A DNA stretch of 64,000 nucleotides from an uncultured archaeon. GTDB taxonomy: Archaea > Thermoproteota > Bathyarchaeia > Bathyarchaeales > Bathycorpusculaceae. The stretch covers positions 40,906 through 104,905 of the forward strand of contig CAWENF010000004.1 of assembly GCA_963810275.1 (NCBI GenBank), in the 5' to 3' direction. Position 1 is the first letter of the stretch. Each line of letters begins with the position of its first letter. A program made the position numbers and the translations under genes. The notes below the pieces were generated by a model. The model searched no databases. It was not told the DNA's origin and saw only the letters and a list, made by a program, of their open reading frames with translations. Positions 43,001-53,487 of this stretch are shown here, piece by piece.

Positions 43001-43348
43001 ATGGGCGGCAATGATGACGAAAGTCTTGCATACATTTTGCCGCTTGTTTTCATAGTTTCGCTAATTTCTGCGCTATCATTATACATGAGTCGGCGGGAAG
43101 GTTGTCACCGAAAAATAAACCAACTCCGAGCAAACTACTCGTATAGCTGCGGCGAAATAGCTCCTGCAAAAGAGGCTAAACTGGATTTGGAACGGTTTCT
43201 AACATTTGCCGTTTACTTTCTAATCTTTGACGTTTTAGCATTCGTCACTATGACTTCTTTCTATGCTACAGACTTCATGCCTGTCGTTTACTCTTTAATT
43301 GTGTTGGTGGCAGTGGGCATGCTGATTTTTGCTGAAAAAACGCTCTAA
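43001..43348 (+). CDS. NuoA-like subunit
   Basis: YSCGE...RFLTFAVYFLIFDV with three TM segments. Confidence 0.8.
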   Translation: MGGNDDESLAYILPLVFIVSLISALSLYMSRREGCHRKINQLRANYSYSCGEIAPAKEAKLDLERFLTFAVYFLIFDVLAFVTMTSFYATDFMPVVYSLIVLVAVGMLIFAEKTL

Positions 43349-43466
43349 AAACCCTCAAATAGTTTTCCATTAAACTAGTTGAAATAATCATTTTTCCTGT
43401 TCATTCAATCGATAATATTAAAAGCTGCGAACGAGTATTCAACGATCCTGAAGGCGCTTAGGAACG

Positions 43467-44433
43467 ATTGCACTCGACATCTTAAGCATCATCGTCTTTC
43501 CAGGTGTATTATTCCTGCTTCTGCTGGCGTTTTTCTACGAGTGGATAGATAGAAAAACCTACGCTAAAATCCAAAACCGCTACGGACCGCTAAAAGCTGG
43601 TCCAGCTGGACTTCTGCAGCCCTTCGCTGACTTCGTTAAAGTTGCTATCCAAAGAAGACATAGCACCCGCAGCATGCGACAGACTTCTTGTTTACTGCAA
43701 CACCTATAATTTACCTCACCTGCCTTTAGTGGCGCTATTTCTTGGTCCCAATAGCAAGTTCCACAGCCATAGCTGCATTTGAAGGTGATTTAGTTTTTGT
43801 TATGTTCATCTTCTCACTCATGATAATCACGGTGTTTTTGGCGGCTGGAGTTCCAGAAACCGTTATAGTACAATTGGTGGTGTCCGCGCTATGTTGCAGA
43901 TGATGAGTTTTGAAATCCCCATGGCGCTCGCACTTGAGTGGACCAGCAATTGCAGCAAAAAGCCTCTCTATTAGCACGATTTCTCAGTGGCAAGATACGC
44001 AGACTTGGTTGGTTATTCTTCAGCCCATCGGATTTGTTGATTTTGGTTATTTGTTTGATGGCGGAGTTGAAACTGCCCCCTTTAATATTCCCGAGTCGGA
44101 GTCAGAAATTGTGGCGGGTTGGCGTACCGAATTCAGCGGCAGAAAATTTGCGCTGATACGCTTGGGCAAAAATCTCGAACTCGTCTTAGCCTCAGCTCTT
44201 AATCGCAGCACTATACTCTAGGCGGCATAAACGATTTATTCTTCATACCAGCCGCAATAGTCATATTTTTAATAAAAACCATCGTACTCGTGGTGCTATT
44301 GCTCTCCTTCCTAAGAGCAATATTCGCGCGGTTACGCCTTGACCAATCAATCGCAGGCATGTGGCGATACCTCTTACCACTGGCTATCCTTCAGATAATC
44401 TTAGTAGAATTCGGAATAGGCATAATGATCTAA
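43467..44433 (+). CDS. NuoH/HyfC-like subunit (multiple frameshifts)
   Basis: EWIDRKTYAKIQNRYGP...GLLQPFADFVK, PFNIPESESEIVAGWRTEFSG and ARLRLDQ motifs across frames. Confidence 0.85.
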
Positions 44434-44458
44434 AACTTGAGTTTTGCCAGGTGGTTGC

Positions 44459-44858
44459 TTAAGGATTTTGAGTTACTTCGGTGCTTACGTGTTTTCGTGG
44501 CTCAGGCTTAATTACCAAGGTGTTCTTGTTCGTAGCAGCTAACTCGAAAGACTTCGCAAGCCCAAACACCTTCCTTGGGCAAGTTTCAGCACATTGATAA
44601 CAAAAGATGCAGTGGTCAAATGGATCAGAGGTCGCTTTTTACCCGTCAACCATAACCATTTCGATGGCGTTAGTAGGACATTCTCTGGCGCACAAGGTGC
44701 AGCTAATGCACTTATCAAGATCCAAGCACTTGTTTTCCTCGGAAACACTTCGCCACAGACGCAGAGACTTCAGGATACTTTTGTGTGGCGCGTTTTTTGA
44801 ACAGATTGGCGAAGGCATCTCTTGCGAGTCTTGTGGAATAGTGTTTGCCAGTCATCAT
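44459..44858 (-). CDS. NuoI-like 2x[4Fe-4S] subunit (frameshifted)
   Basis: The reverse strand reads ATQKYP...FRGK..DLDKCISCTLCARECP...CIFCYQCAETCP. Confidence 0.85.
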
Positions 44859-44862
44859 TCAC

Positions 44863-46449
44863 TTACCTGTCGGTGCATGAGAAGCATGGGTCTAAACTTA
44901 CAAAGTTCACGGGACAATCCGCCAAGTTTTGACCAATTGCGGTTTTTAGGAATGAAGGCAGGTTTGCGTAGGTTGGTGTGCGGACTTTTACCCTGTCAGG
45001 GTTTAGGGTTCCGTTGCTTTTCACGTAGTAAAATAATTCGCCTCTGGGTGCTTCTATGGTGGCTATGGCTTCGCCTTCAGGTACCAAACGTGGAATCGTA
45101 GTTTTTATGGGTCCTTCAGGCAAGTGGTCAAGGGCATACTCGATTATGTTTATGCTCTCTTCCACTTCATCCATTCGGACATTCATTCTCGCCCATGTAT
45201 CTCCTTCTTTGTACACAATTTCGTTGAATGGAATTTCGCCATAAGCTTCGTAGGGCTCGTCTTTTCTTACGTCGATCTCTAGACCTGAACCTCTCGCAAC
45301 TGGACCAACAACGCAGTATTTTATTGCGTCTTCTTTAGAAAGCAAGCCTACACCTTCCGTTCGCAGCCTGATTGACTGATTGTTTTGGTAGGTCTCTCTA
45401 TAGCCTGGGACTTTTTTGCGTAGTTCTTCAAGGGTTTGTTTGATTTTGGGAAAGTCAGCTGGGTTTAGGTCTCTGCGTACGCCGCCCAAACATATGGTCG
45501 ATGAATATACTCGGTTGCCGCTTGTTAACTCGATGAGGTCCATGATTGGCTCGCGGTCCCGCCAGAAGTATTGGAAAAGTGTTTCGTAACCCATCTCTAG
45601 GCATGCATGCCCCAACGTAAGCAGGTGGCTATGCAGTCTGTTTAACTCTAGTGTTATGGTTCGTATGTACTTGGCTCTTTGAGGTACATCAGTATCTAAT
45701 ATTTCTTCTACTGCCGCTGCGAAGGTCCTGGCGTGAGCAGCGTTGCATATTCCACAGATGCGTTCTACAAGGTATACGTCTCTTGGATAGGTGCGGGACT
45801 CGGCCGCTTTCTCGATGCCTCTGTGAACGTAGCCTATCCGTGGGTCAACGTTAGTTACGATTTCCCCTGCAACAGTAACCGAAAGTTTTTCGGGCTCAAT
45901 TAACGCTGGATGCTGGGGACCAATGATGACTTTAAAAGTATTCTCGTCTTCCTCTTCTGGCTTTGGTGGAATAGGGTTTAGCTTCACGTTTTGTGTATTA
46001 ACGTCTTTTCTTAAGGGGTAAACTCCTTCTGGCCAGTTTTCAGCAAGCAAAAAATGCCCAGACAACTGGTTGCCTTCAAAGACTATGCCCAGAAGATCGG
46101 TTCCTTCCAATTCAGCGAATGTGGCGCCTGGAATCAAGTCGGCTATGGACGAGATTGTAGGTTTGCTTTTTGGGACTTGAATTTTAATGGTCAGGTAGCC
46201 TTTGGTTAGGCGCATGTGATAGTATGCGCCGAGTTTTTCGCCTAAGTCAAGGCCTGTGATGGTTACAAGTTGTGTTTTGGAGTCTGCGGCGAGCAGTGTT
46301 TTGATAATTTCTATTAACTGGTTTGGTTCGGCTTGGATGGCGGCCAACCCGAGTTGATTTGGCTGGATTTGTATGTTGGTTCCTTTGAATTGACTTTCAA
46401 GAAAGTCGATTATACCCGTTTTTTGGAGGTTTTGAGATTTTTGAGTCAT
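44863..46449 (-). CDS. Group 4 [NiFe]-hydrogenase large subunit with fused NuoC-like domain
   Basis: GPQHP, HRGIEK, L1 ERICGICNAAH, EAPRGE, and L2 DPCFSCTDR at the C-terminus. The N-terminal NuoC-like part ends in YPLRKD. Confidence 0.92.
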   Translation of the reverse strand: MTQKSQNLQKTGIIDFLESQFKGTNIQIQPNQLGLAAIQAEPNQLIEIIKTLLAADSKTQLVTITGLDLGEKLGAYYHMRLTKGYLTIKIQVPKSKPTISSIADLIPGATFAELEGTDLLGIVFEGNQLSGHFLLAENWPEGVYPLRKDVNTQNVKLNPIPPKPEEEDENTFKVIIGPQHPALIEPEKLSVTVAGEIVTNVDPRIGYVHRGIEKAAESRTYPRDVYLVERICGICNAAHARTFAAAVEEILDTDVPQRAKYIRTITLELNRLHSHLLTLGHACLEMGYETLFQYFWRDREPIMDLIELTSGNRVYSSTICLGGVRRDLNPADFPKIKQTLEELRKKVPGYRETYQNNQSIRLRTEGVGLLSKEDAIKYCVVGPVARGSGLEIDVRKDEPYEAYGEIPFNEIVYKEGDTWARMNVRMDEVEESINIIEYALDHLPEGPIKTTIPRLVPEGEAIATIEAPRGELFYYVKSNGTLNPDRVKVRTPTYANLPSFLKTAIGQNLADCPVNFVSLDPCFSCTDR

Positions 46450-46697
46450 CTTCTAAGCCTGATGGTACAGAAGGAACAAGCATATTTCTCAGTAACTATT
46501 GGGCTTCGCCACTGTGCAAATAACAAATGCAAATGACAGCCCAAATCCAAACGTACCTTATTCAATACGGTTCCTGTTATGTATATTCTTTGTCCTTCAG
46601 TATCGACTTTTTTAATTTAAAAGTAAAATATCAAGTTTATTAACAACTTCAATTCAAAAATGCCGTTTACCCATCGACAGTTGATTATCCTTGAACA

Positions 46698-47171
46698 TTA
46701 GTAGAAAAAACTGCCAACCCTACGCCGAATTCTTCGCGCGGAAAACAATAAATCCCGAACATCAACTGGCAAATGCACATCCTGCCAACATCTTTCCGCC
46801 TCCACCGACCCACCAACCGCCTTCACAGCCTTCAAAGCATAAAGCGCCGCCCCCAAACTGTGGTCTGCCATATGTGCTGTCGCAACCGCATGCCCCATGC
46901 TACGAGCCACAGCCTCCGAAGCCGTATCCGAAACCTCCCTTGCCAGTTTGTGGCAGTTCGCAGCGGCTTTTCGTGCTTCGCCAACCGTTGCTTTACCCTC
47001 AGCCCATGATTTGCCTACTTCGAGGGCATTTTGAAGGCGATGGTCCATAGTTTCCCCGAAGTAAGGAAATACATGTTCGGCGCAACGGCAAGCCCAAAAC
47101 ATCAACAATTGATGCTGCTGTTTTGTGAGTGGTCCTCCTCTGTGTTGTGCGATGAAGCGTTTGTCCCTCAT
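46698..47171 (-). CDS. Imm5-like putative immunity protein
   Basis: RDKRFIA.HRGG...WACRCAEHV...ARSMGHAVATAHMADHSLGAALYA...ER.WQ. Confidence 0.8.
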   Translation of the reverse strand: MRDKRFIAQHRGGPLTKQQHQLLMFWACRCAEHVFPYFGETMDHRLQNALEVGKSWAEGKATVGEARKAAANCHKLAREVSDTASEAVARSMGHAVATAHMADHSLGAALYALKAVKAVGGSVEAERCWQDVHLPVDVRDLLFSARRIRRRVGSFFY

Positions 47172-47368
47172 TTGCTTAAAACCTTTTTTATTGCAGTAGA
47201 TCAACAGGAAAATGGAATTTTAAGGATTGCCTAAAAATGAAACGGCTGATAGATCGGTAAGGGCCCGCATATAATTGTAGTGTGCAACTTTAAGGTTTTT
47301 AGGTGTCTTGTGGTGGAGGTGGCGGATTCAGAGTGATAAAACGCGTAATTTACATGGGGTTGTTATTC

Positions 47369-47923
47369 TTAATTTTGTTTTAATGTTAAAGCGTATTTGC
47401 TAGCAATTTCCATAAGCACGTTTATGTTACGTGTAGTTGCCTTCGTTTTTAATTTCACCTCAACGAAGTGGTTGGGTAGTGCTCCTTCTCCACCGCCGTG
47501 GGTGACGCTGTAAACCTCTCGCCCTAGAATCTTGACTACAAGTGCGGTTGATTTGGGGATCGTAGCGGGCAGCGGTAGCGGAAAATCTGATGCTTGCGCA
47601 AGGAAAGTAACCAAGAAGCTTGCACCCTCTTTGTTCTGCCCTTTGAATGTGTCCAATTTAAGCATTGATTTAAGTTCGTTTATGCTACGAATGAAAACAG
47701 ACACATCATATCCTAACACATCTTTGAGTGTAGCTTCAATTTTTGGAGCTAATTCCTGTGAGTTGTCTTCTGGGATTTCGAAGATTACGTTTCCGCTTTG
47801 CCTAAACGTCGCAGCACCTTCAACACCCGCTCTCTTAAACGCCTCTAGTAGCTGTTCCTTAGTAACTCGGTGTTCACCAACGTTGATTCCCCTCAAAAAA
47901 GCAACAAAACGCGACATACCCAA
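47369..47923 (-). CDS. DUF1697 family protein
   Basis: VAFLRGINVG, QSGNVIF and ATTRN motifs. Confidence 0.9.
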   Translation of the reverse strand: MGMSRFVAFLRGINVGEHRVTKEQLLEAFKRAGVEGAATFRQSGNVIFEIPEDNSQELAPKIEATLKDVLGYDVSVFIRSINELKSMLKLDTFKGQNKEGASFLVTFLAQASDFPLPLPATIPKSTALVVKILGREVYSVTHGGGEGALPNHFVEVKLKTKATTRNINVLMEIASKYALTLKQN

Positions 47924-47945
47924 AACTGTGCCGTATACCCAATTA

Positions 47946-48983
47946 TTAACTTATGTCCGATATAGACAGCCAGTTCCTTGACAAAAAAACTGTCGAGTCC
48001 CCAAACTTTAGACTCAAGCAACCTTTTTCCGGGCACATTTCAACACATCGCAAGCAAAGCAGGCACATCTGAGTGTCCACTTTTCCACCGCTACGCTCGT
48101 AGACTTCTGTAACCTGTGCAGGACATACCCTCTTGCAGATGCCGCATTTTGTGCATTTCTCTTTTTCTTTGCTTAGGCGAAGAAGAGGCATCCACTTCAA
48201 GGCTTTAAACCGATTAACTGCGGCGATGGAAACGCCTGTGGGGCAGAAACGGCACCAGAACCTGCGTACTTTGAACGAAACCGCCAACACCGTTACCACA
48301 AACACATACGAGAGCACCAATGCGGCTCCACTGTTGCCTTGAAGATAGAGAAGGATTTCACCGACATAAGGAAACGTGACATAATTGTTCCCAACCTCAA
48401 AGAGAGCTCCAAACGGCGGCTTCCACGGCAAAAGTAGCGGTTGCAATGGTTCAAGGAGGAAAGCGTAGTGCGTAAAGGGTGGGTATAGTGTAAAAAAGTT
48501 GGTGAGGTCGGCTAATGCTGATGCTCCAATAAAAAAGCTGGGCACAGCCAACAACAAAATCGCTGCTGCTACAACGTATCTCGAATTGTGCAGTATGCAA
48601 TTTAGTTTGTCTGGAAGCTGCCCGTGCCCGACATGCAAAGCCTTACGTATCACAGTGGTGATATCCATGTAGAAGCCCAGCGGGCACATCCAGCCGCAGA
48701 AAACCCGCCCGAAAAACGCCGTAGATCCCAAAACCAGAAGCAGTAGTAGCCCTTTCCAGACGGCAATTATCGAGATATAGAAGATTAAGAGCAGAAATAG
48801 CAGTTGAATGGTGAAGCGCAGGTGGCTGACCTTTCGGGTTTTGTCTCTAAATATTTTGCAAATTCCTCCTAAAACGCCACGCTTTTCTTTTGAGTTGAGG
48901 GTTGCTCTATGTTTAAGTAGGTTTCCTAGAATCGCAAAAATGGGTATGTAATTCAGCTTCGAGGATTGGGGAAGTTTACCCAT
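47946..48983 (-). CDS. Membrane-bound 4Fe-4S protein (NapH/MauN/YccM-like); start uncertain, likely downstream
   Basis: GRVFCGWMCPLG, RFWCRFCPTG and two CxxCxxCxxxCP clusters. Confidence 0.85.
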   Translation of the reverse strand: MGKLPQSSKLNYIPIFAILGNLLKHRATLNSKEKRGVLGGICKIFRDKTRKVSHLRFTIQLLFLLLIFYISIIAVWKGLLLLLVLGSTAFFGRVFCGWMCPLGFYMDITTVIRKALHVGHGQLPDKLNCILHNSRYVVAAAILLLAVPSFFIGASALADLTNFFTLYPPFTHYAFLLEPLQPLLLPWKPPFGALFEVGNNYVTFPYVGEILLYLQGNSGAALVLSYVFVVTVLAVSFKVRRFWCRFCPTGVSIAAVNRFKALKWMPLLRLSKEKEKCTKCGICKRVCPAQVTEVYERSGGKVDTQMCLLCLRCVEMCPEKGCLSLKFGDSTVFLSRNWLSISDIS

Positions 48984-49024
48984 AAAGGCTTAATGTTTCT
49001 GCATATATTTGCTATTGAGCGCTT

Positions 49025-49786
49025 ATGGAAATGCTTGAAGTTAAAGACTTATCTGTTAAAGTCGAGGATAAACTTATACTAAAAAACCTCAACTTTAACT
49101 TAAAAGACCGAGCAAGCCACATCCTGTTTGGACCCAACGGCTCAGGTAAAACAACCCTGATAAGCACCTTGATGGGTTTGCCTGGTTATGATGTTGCCTC
49201 AGGAAAAATATTTTTCAAAGGTGTTGACATAACCCATAAATCCGTTGATGAACGCGCCAAGCTCGGCATAATTGTCAGTTTCCAGAATCCACCTGAAATC
49301 ACTGGCGTGAAGTTAGGTGACCTGCTCAAGCTATGTCTTGGCAAAGCCGCCAGTGAAGACTTTAGTCTTGGAGAGAAGGAGAAAATCGAGGCGTTTCGAC
49401 TTACAAATTTCCTTAATCGCGATGTCAATATGGGTTTCAGTGGCGGTGAACGTAAACGAAGCGAAATCTTGCAGCTTATATTCCTTAAGCCTCAGTTGCT
49501 TTTGCTTGATGAACCTGACTCCGGTGTAGACGTGGAGAGTCTACGGATGATTAGCATTGAAATTGAAAAGTACATTGAAGCTTCAGGTGCTTCAGCACTT
49601 ATAATCACTCATAAGGGAGATATTTTGGAATACATCAAGGCATCCTTTGGCTGTATATTACTTAAGGGGGAGTTCCACTGTTTCAAAGACCCGATGCGGA
49701 TCTATAATGATATTAAAGAAGTTGGCTACGAGGAATGCGTGGCTTGTAGAATAAGAACAAATGAGGGATGGAAAAATGTCAAGTGA
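49025..49786 (+). CDS. sufC: Fe-S assembly ATPase SufC (SmsC)
   Basis: GPNGSGKT, GFSGGERKRSE and LLDEPDSGVD, with C-terminal Cys residues (CVAC). Confidence 0.92.
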   Translation: MEMLEVKDLSVKVEDKLILKNLNFNLKDRASHILFGPNGSGKTTLISTLMGLPGYDVASGKIFFKGVDITHKSVDERAKLGIIVSFQNPPEITGVKLGDLLKLCLGKAASEDFSLGEKEKIEAFRLTNFLNRDVNMGFSGGERKRSEILQLIFLKPQLLLLDEPDSGVDVESLRMISIEIEKYIEASGASALIITHKGDILEYIKASFGCILLKGEFHCFKDPMRIYNDIKEVGYEECVACRIRTNEGWKNVK

Positions 49787-50900
49787 AAGTGACTTAACTA
49801 AAATTCCACATGCAATCTTAGAAGAAGCTCAGAAGGCTGGGTTGGAACTTCAAGACAAGAACCGTTCAGGAACCTATATCCATGTGGATCAAGAAACCAT
49901 CACATCCAAAGTCAACGAAGCCTACGAGGGCAAACTTGAACTCATGGACATTAAAGCTGCGCTCAAAAAGTATCCGTGGCTTGAAGAATATCGCTGGAAA
50001 CTGGTGGACAAAAACAAAGATGAATACACCAAAAAAGTGGCGAAGGATTTTAGCGGTGGCTACTTTATGCGTATCAAAAAAGGTGCGGAAATCGCTTTTC
50101 CGTTGCAGAGTTGTCTCCTTATTACTAAGCGTAACCTGGAGCAGCGTGTACACAACATAATCATCGCAGAGGAAGACTCCAAAGTACACATAATCACCAG
50201 CTGCGTGCAGCACTCAACCGTGCCAAACGCTTCTCATTTGGGTGTCTCGGAAATCTATGTTAAGAATGGTGCTATGTTGAACTTTACGATGATTCACCAG
50301 TGGAGCGAGCAGACATTAGTGCGTCCAAGAAGCGCTGCAGAAGTCGAAGACAACGCCACTTTCGTCAGCAACTATGTGTGTATGCAGCCTGTCCGAGACA
50401 CGCAAATGTACCCTGTTGCGTTCTGCAAGGGCGAGAACAGCCGAGCCAGCTTTAACAGCATCCTGTATGGGCATAAAAACAGCTTCCTAGACGTAGGCTC
50501 CAAAGCAGTCCTAACAGGCAAGGAAAGCAAGGCTGAGATGGTTAGCCGTGCAATCGCCCGTGAAGGCTCAAAGATGATTGTGCGGGGCATGATTGAAGGA
50601 CATGTTCCCGACTGCAAAGGACATTTGGAATGCAAGGGCTTAATAATGGATAACTTGTCGTTTATGCAGTCTGTTCCGGAGCTTATTGCTACTAAGAATG
50701 GTGTTGAAATCACTCATGAGGCGGCGGTGGGTAAAATCAGCGAGAAAGAAATCACATATTTGATGACTCGTAGGTTGTCTCGGGAACAGGCGGTTTCACT
50801 GATTATCCGTGGCTTTATGGACGTGTCAATTTTGGGTTTGCCCGACGCTTTAAACAAGGAAATCAAGACAATCGTGGATACGTCGGCAGAAGCAGAATAG
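49776..50900 (+). CDS. sufB: SufB/SufD-family Fe-S scaffold (SmsB)
   Basis: GHLECKGL, THEAAVGKI and YLMTR...IIRGF motifs; overlaps sufC. Confidence 0.92.
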   Translation: MSSESDLTKIPHAILEEAQKAGLELQDKNRSGTYIHVDQETITSKVNEAYEGKLELMDIKAALKKYPWLEEYRWKLVDKNKDEYTKKVAKDFSGGYFMRIKKGAEIAFPLQSCLLITKRNLEQRVHNIIIAEEDSKVHIITSCVQHSTVPNASHLGVSEIYVKNGAMLNFTMIHQWSEQTLVRPRSAAEVEDNATFVSNYVCMQPVRDTQMYPVAFCKGENSRASFNSILYGHKNSFLDVGSKAVLTGKESKAEMVSRAIAREGSKMIVRGMIEGHVPDCKGHLECKGLIMDNLSFMQSVPELIATKNGVEITHEAAVGKISEKEITYLMTRRLSREQAVSLIIRGFMDVSILGLPDALNKEIKTIVDTSAEAE

Positions 50901-51181
50901 ATGCTTCTATTCTCTTCCATTTGCTGTTTTTGTATTCCTCTTCATACGGATGTGAGTTCCTGGGGCACAGCAGGACTGTAGCTGAATGCTTTTGTTTGGA
51001 TCTGAATTTTCTCTCAGTGCCTGTTATTGCGGGTAGCGGTTTTTTCTCGCACATTATGCAATGGCTACCAATGGTTATGTATATGGCGCCATTTCCCGGA
51101 GCTATACGACGATGTTTGCTTGTTTGCTGGTATGCTTTTTATTCTGCCACATCATAAATCTGTAACTACAGAGAGGAACAT

Positions 51182-52363
51182 TTGTTGAATGGGAAACCAC
51201 TGGTCAGCATCATCGGCGCTGGCATGAGCAAATTCGGAAAACAAGAAGGCCTCCTTGGAAGAGAAATTTTCGGAGAAGCAGCCGCAGAAGCGTTTAGCCG
51301 CTGCCCTAAACTAGATCCCAAAAAAGACGTTCAAGCCCTCTTTGTTGGGCACATGGGCGAGAACTACGAGCATCAAGGGCACACAGGTGCAACCATGGCA
51401 GACTGGATTGGTCTGCGGGGGGTCCCTGCAACTAGAATCGAAGCCGCCTGCGGCAGCGGTGGCGTGGCATTGCGCACGGGCATCTATGCGGTGCTATCAG
51501 GATTAGCCGATGTCGCAGTTGTGGGGGGCGTGGAGAAGATGACTCACCGAACCACCGCCGAAGTCACTGAGTACCTTGCGATGGCTGCTGATTATCCCTT
51601 TGAGCAGTTCCACGGCATCACATTCCCAGGCTTGTTTGCCATGATGGCAACCGCCCACATGCATCAATACGGCACCACCGAAGCCCAAATTGGTAAAGTC
51701 GCCGTCAAAAACCATCACCATGGCACCTTAAACCCCAAGGCACACATGCAAAAAGAGGTGCCGCTTGAAACCGTGTTGAGCTCAAAATACGTGGCGTGGC
51801 CGCTTAAACTTTACGACTGTAGCCTGATTACGGACGGCGCAAGTTGCATTGTATTAACCAAACCCGAGCTTGCTAAAAAATACACAGACCAAGCCGTGGA
51901 CATAGTTGGAAGCGGACAAGCAAGCGACGCCATAGGACTCTACGAACGCGATAGTTTGACCTCACTCAAATCCACCAAACTCGCCTCCAAAACTGCATAT
52001 GAGATGGCAGGCGTCACCCCCGAGCAGGTTAATCTCGCAGAGGTGCATGACTGCTTTACCATAGCTGAGCTTATAGCCTACGAAGACCTCGGGTTCTGCT
52101 CTGTCGGCGAAGGTGGTAAACTTGTCGAAAGCGGTGCAACCACACTTGGCGGCAAAATCCCAATTAACACTAGCGGCGGCTTAAAATCCAAAGGACACCC
52201 AGTAGGTGCAACAGGAACCGCCCAAGCATACGAAATGTACCTTCAACTCACCAGTCAAGCCAGTGCACGCCAAGTCAAAGATGCACGGGTCGGCTTAACA
52301 CATAACATCGGCGGCTCCGGTGCTACGGCGGCTGTGCACATTTACAGGAGAGACCAACAATGA
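51182..52363 (+). CDS. Thiolase (acetyl-CoA acetyltransferase, archaeal type)
   Basis: EAACGSG, EVHDCF and GHPVGATG motifs. Confidence 0.93.
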   Translation: MLNGKPLVSIIGAGMSKFGKQEGLLGREIFGEAAAEAFSRCPKLDPKKDVQALFVGHMGENYEHQGHTGATMADWIGLRGVPATRIEAACGSGGVALRTGIYAVLSGLADVAVVGGVEKMTHRTTAEVTEYLAMAADYPFEQFHGITFPGLFAMMATAHMHQYGTTEAQIGKVAVKNHHHGTLNPKAHMQKEVPLETVLSSKYVAWPLKLYDCSLITDGASCIVLTKPELAKKYTDQAVDIVGSGQASDAIGLYERDSLTSLKSTKLASKTAYEMAGVTPEQVNLAEVHDCFTIAELIAYEDLGFCSVGEGGKLVESGATTLGGKIPINTSGGLKSKGHPVGATGTAQAYEMYLQLTSQASARQVKDARVGLTHNIGGSGATAAVHIYRRDQQ

Positions 52364-52761
52364 GCACTCCAACTAAAGCGTTCACGATTGAGCAGTTTTA
52401 CAAGTACCTAAACCAAGGTAAACTGATGGCTGGCAAATGCGTGAAATGCAGCAAAATCCAATTGCCCCCCCGCCCGCTCTGCGACAACTGTTACTCGCAG
52501 GAGTTCACATGGGTTGAGGTTCAAGGTAAAGGCAAACTTCTAACTTATACTGTAATCAACATTGCGCCACAACAGTTCCAAGGCTTGGCGCCATACGCGG
52601 TTGGCATCGTCGAGTTTGAGCGTGGCTTGCGGATTCCGGGCATGATTCAGTTAGCGCAGGAGAAGCTACGAATTGGTATGGACCTTGCAATTGACTTTGG
52701 CACTTGCAGTCAGCCGCAGACTTGGCCTGCTTGGCAGCGGTACTGTTTTAAGTCTCTCTAA
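52360..52761 (+). CDS. DUF35 Zn-ribbon/OB-fold thiolase partner
   Basis: CVKC...PPRPLCDNC and PYAVGIVE; ATGA overlap with the thiolase. Confidence 0.92.
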   Translation: MSTPTKAFTIEQFYKYLNQGKLMAGKCVKCSKIQLPPRPLCDNCYSQEFTWVEVQGKGKLLTYTVINIAPQQFQGLAPYAVGIVEFERGLRIPGMIQLAQEKLRIGMDLAIDFGTCSQPQTWPAWQRYCFKSL

Positions 52762-52821
52762 TTATTTTGTTTTTCTTCTTTATTTTTTTGTTTAATTTTT
52801 TTTACTCCCTACTGAATGCAT

Positions 52822-52860
52822 AAAGTACTTTGTAATGCAAAGTTTTTGAAAAGTACTCTG
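52822..52860. promoter_or_regulatory. Palindromic operator upstream of the membrane protein/HTH pair
   Basis: ACTTTG-N5-CAAAGT (52827-43) with a repeated AAAGTACT(T/C)TG. Confidence 0.5.
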
Positions 52861-52880
52861 TGTATCTTCATTGAATAAAA

Positions 52881-53483
52881 ATGGTGCAAATAGACCTTAA
52901 AGAAATCCAACGAAAAGCATACACATCCTACCACCAAGATGGCCTAATTGATATATTAGCCAGCGCCTAAATCGTCTACTTCTCTATCGGTATTCTCCTT
53001 GATTTACTCTACGCCTTTTCAATGGGAAGCATACTGCCTGTATTTCTTATTTCCAAAGTACTCCCCCATCTGGATTGCTGCCAAACAAAAATCGCAATAC
53101 CCCGTGTAGGCTACGTCAACTTCGGCAAAAGAACCAAACCAAAAATCGAAGTTCTCTTAAGCGGCATAGCAGGTTTCGACTTTGCCATTCTGTTCGTTTT
53201 CCTTTTCTCCGCCAGAGCCTCACCATGGCTTGACCTTGCAACCCAAAACAGTATGATACTATTGGGTTTAGCTATCTTAGTCTTTGTACCTCTTGCCGGA
53301 TATGCCATGGGGCTCAAACGGTTCTACGCCTACGGTGTCTTGACGTTTATATTGAATACAGCAGGGCAACTTTTAGGCATCTTCTTTGCCTACATATTGC
53401 TCGCGATAAGCTTAACCCTGATGGAAACTGGATTCGAATTGTTGGCTCAGTTCATCAAAAAGTACCCGTTGAAAGGAGGCTAA
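52881..53483 (+). pseudogene. Membrane protein with an internal stop (TAA 52968)
   Basis: MVQIDLKEIQRKAYTSYHQDGLIDILASA* is in frame with ORF 53022-53483. Confidence 0.6.
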
Positions 53484-53487
53484 ACAC

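Noticed and set aside
51182-52761. Mevalonate-pathway thiolase/HMG-CoA synthase complex
   Set aside because: No HMG-CoA synthase gene is adjacent. Thiolase-DUF35 pairs are common in archaea, so the pathway cannot be assigned.
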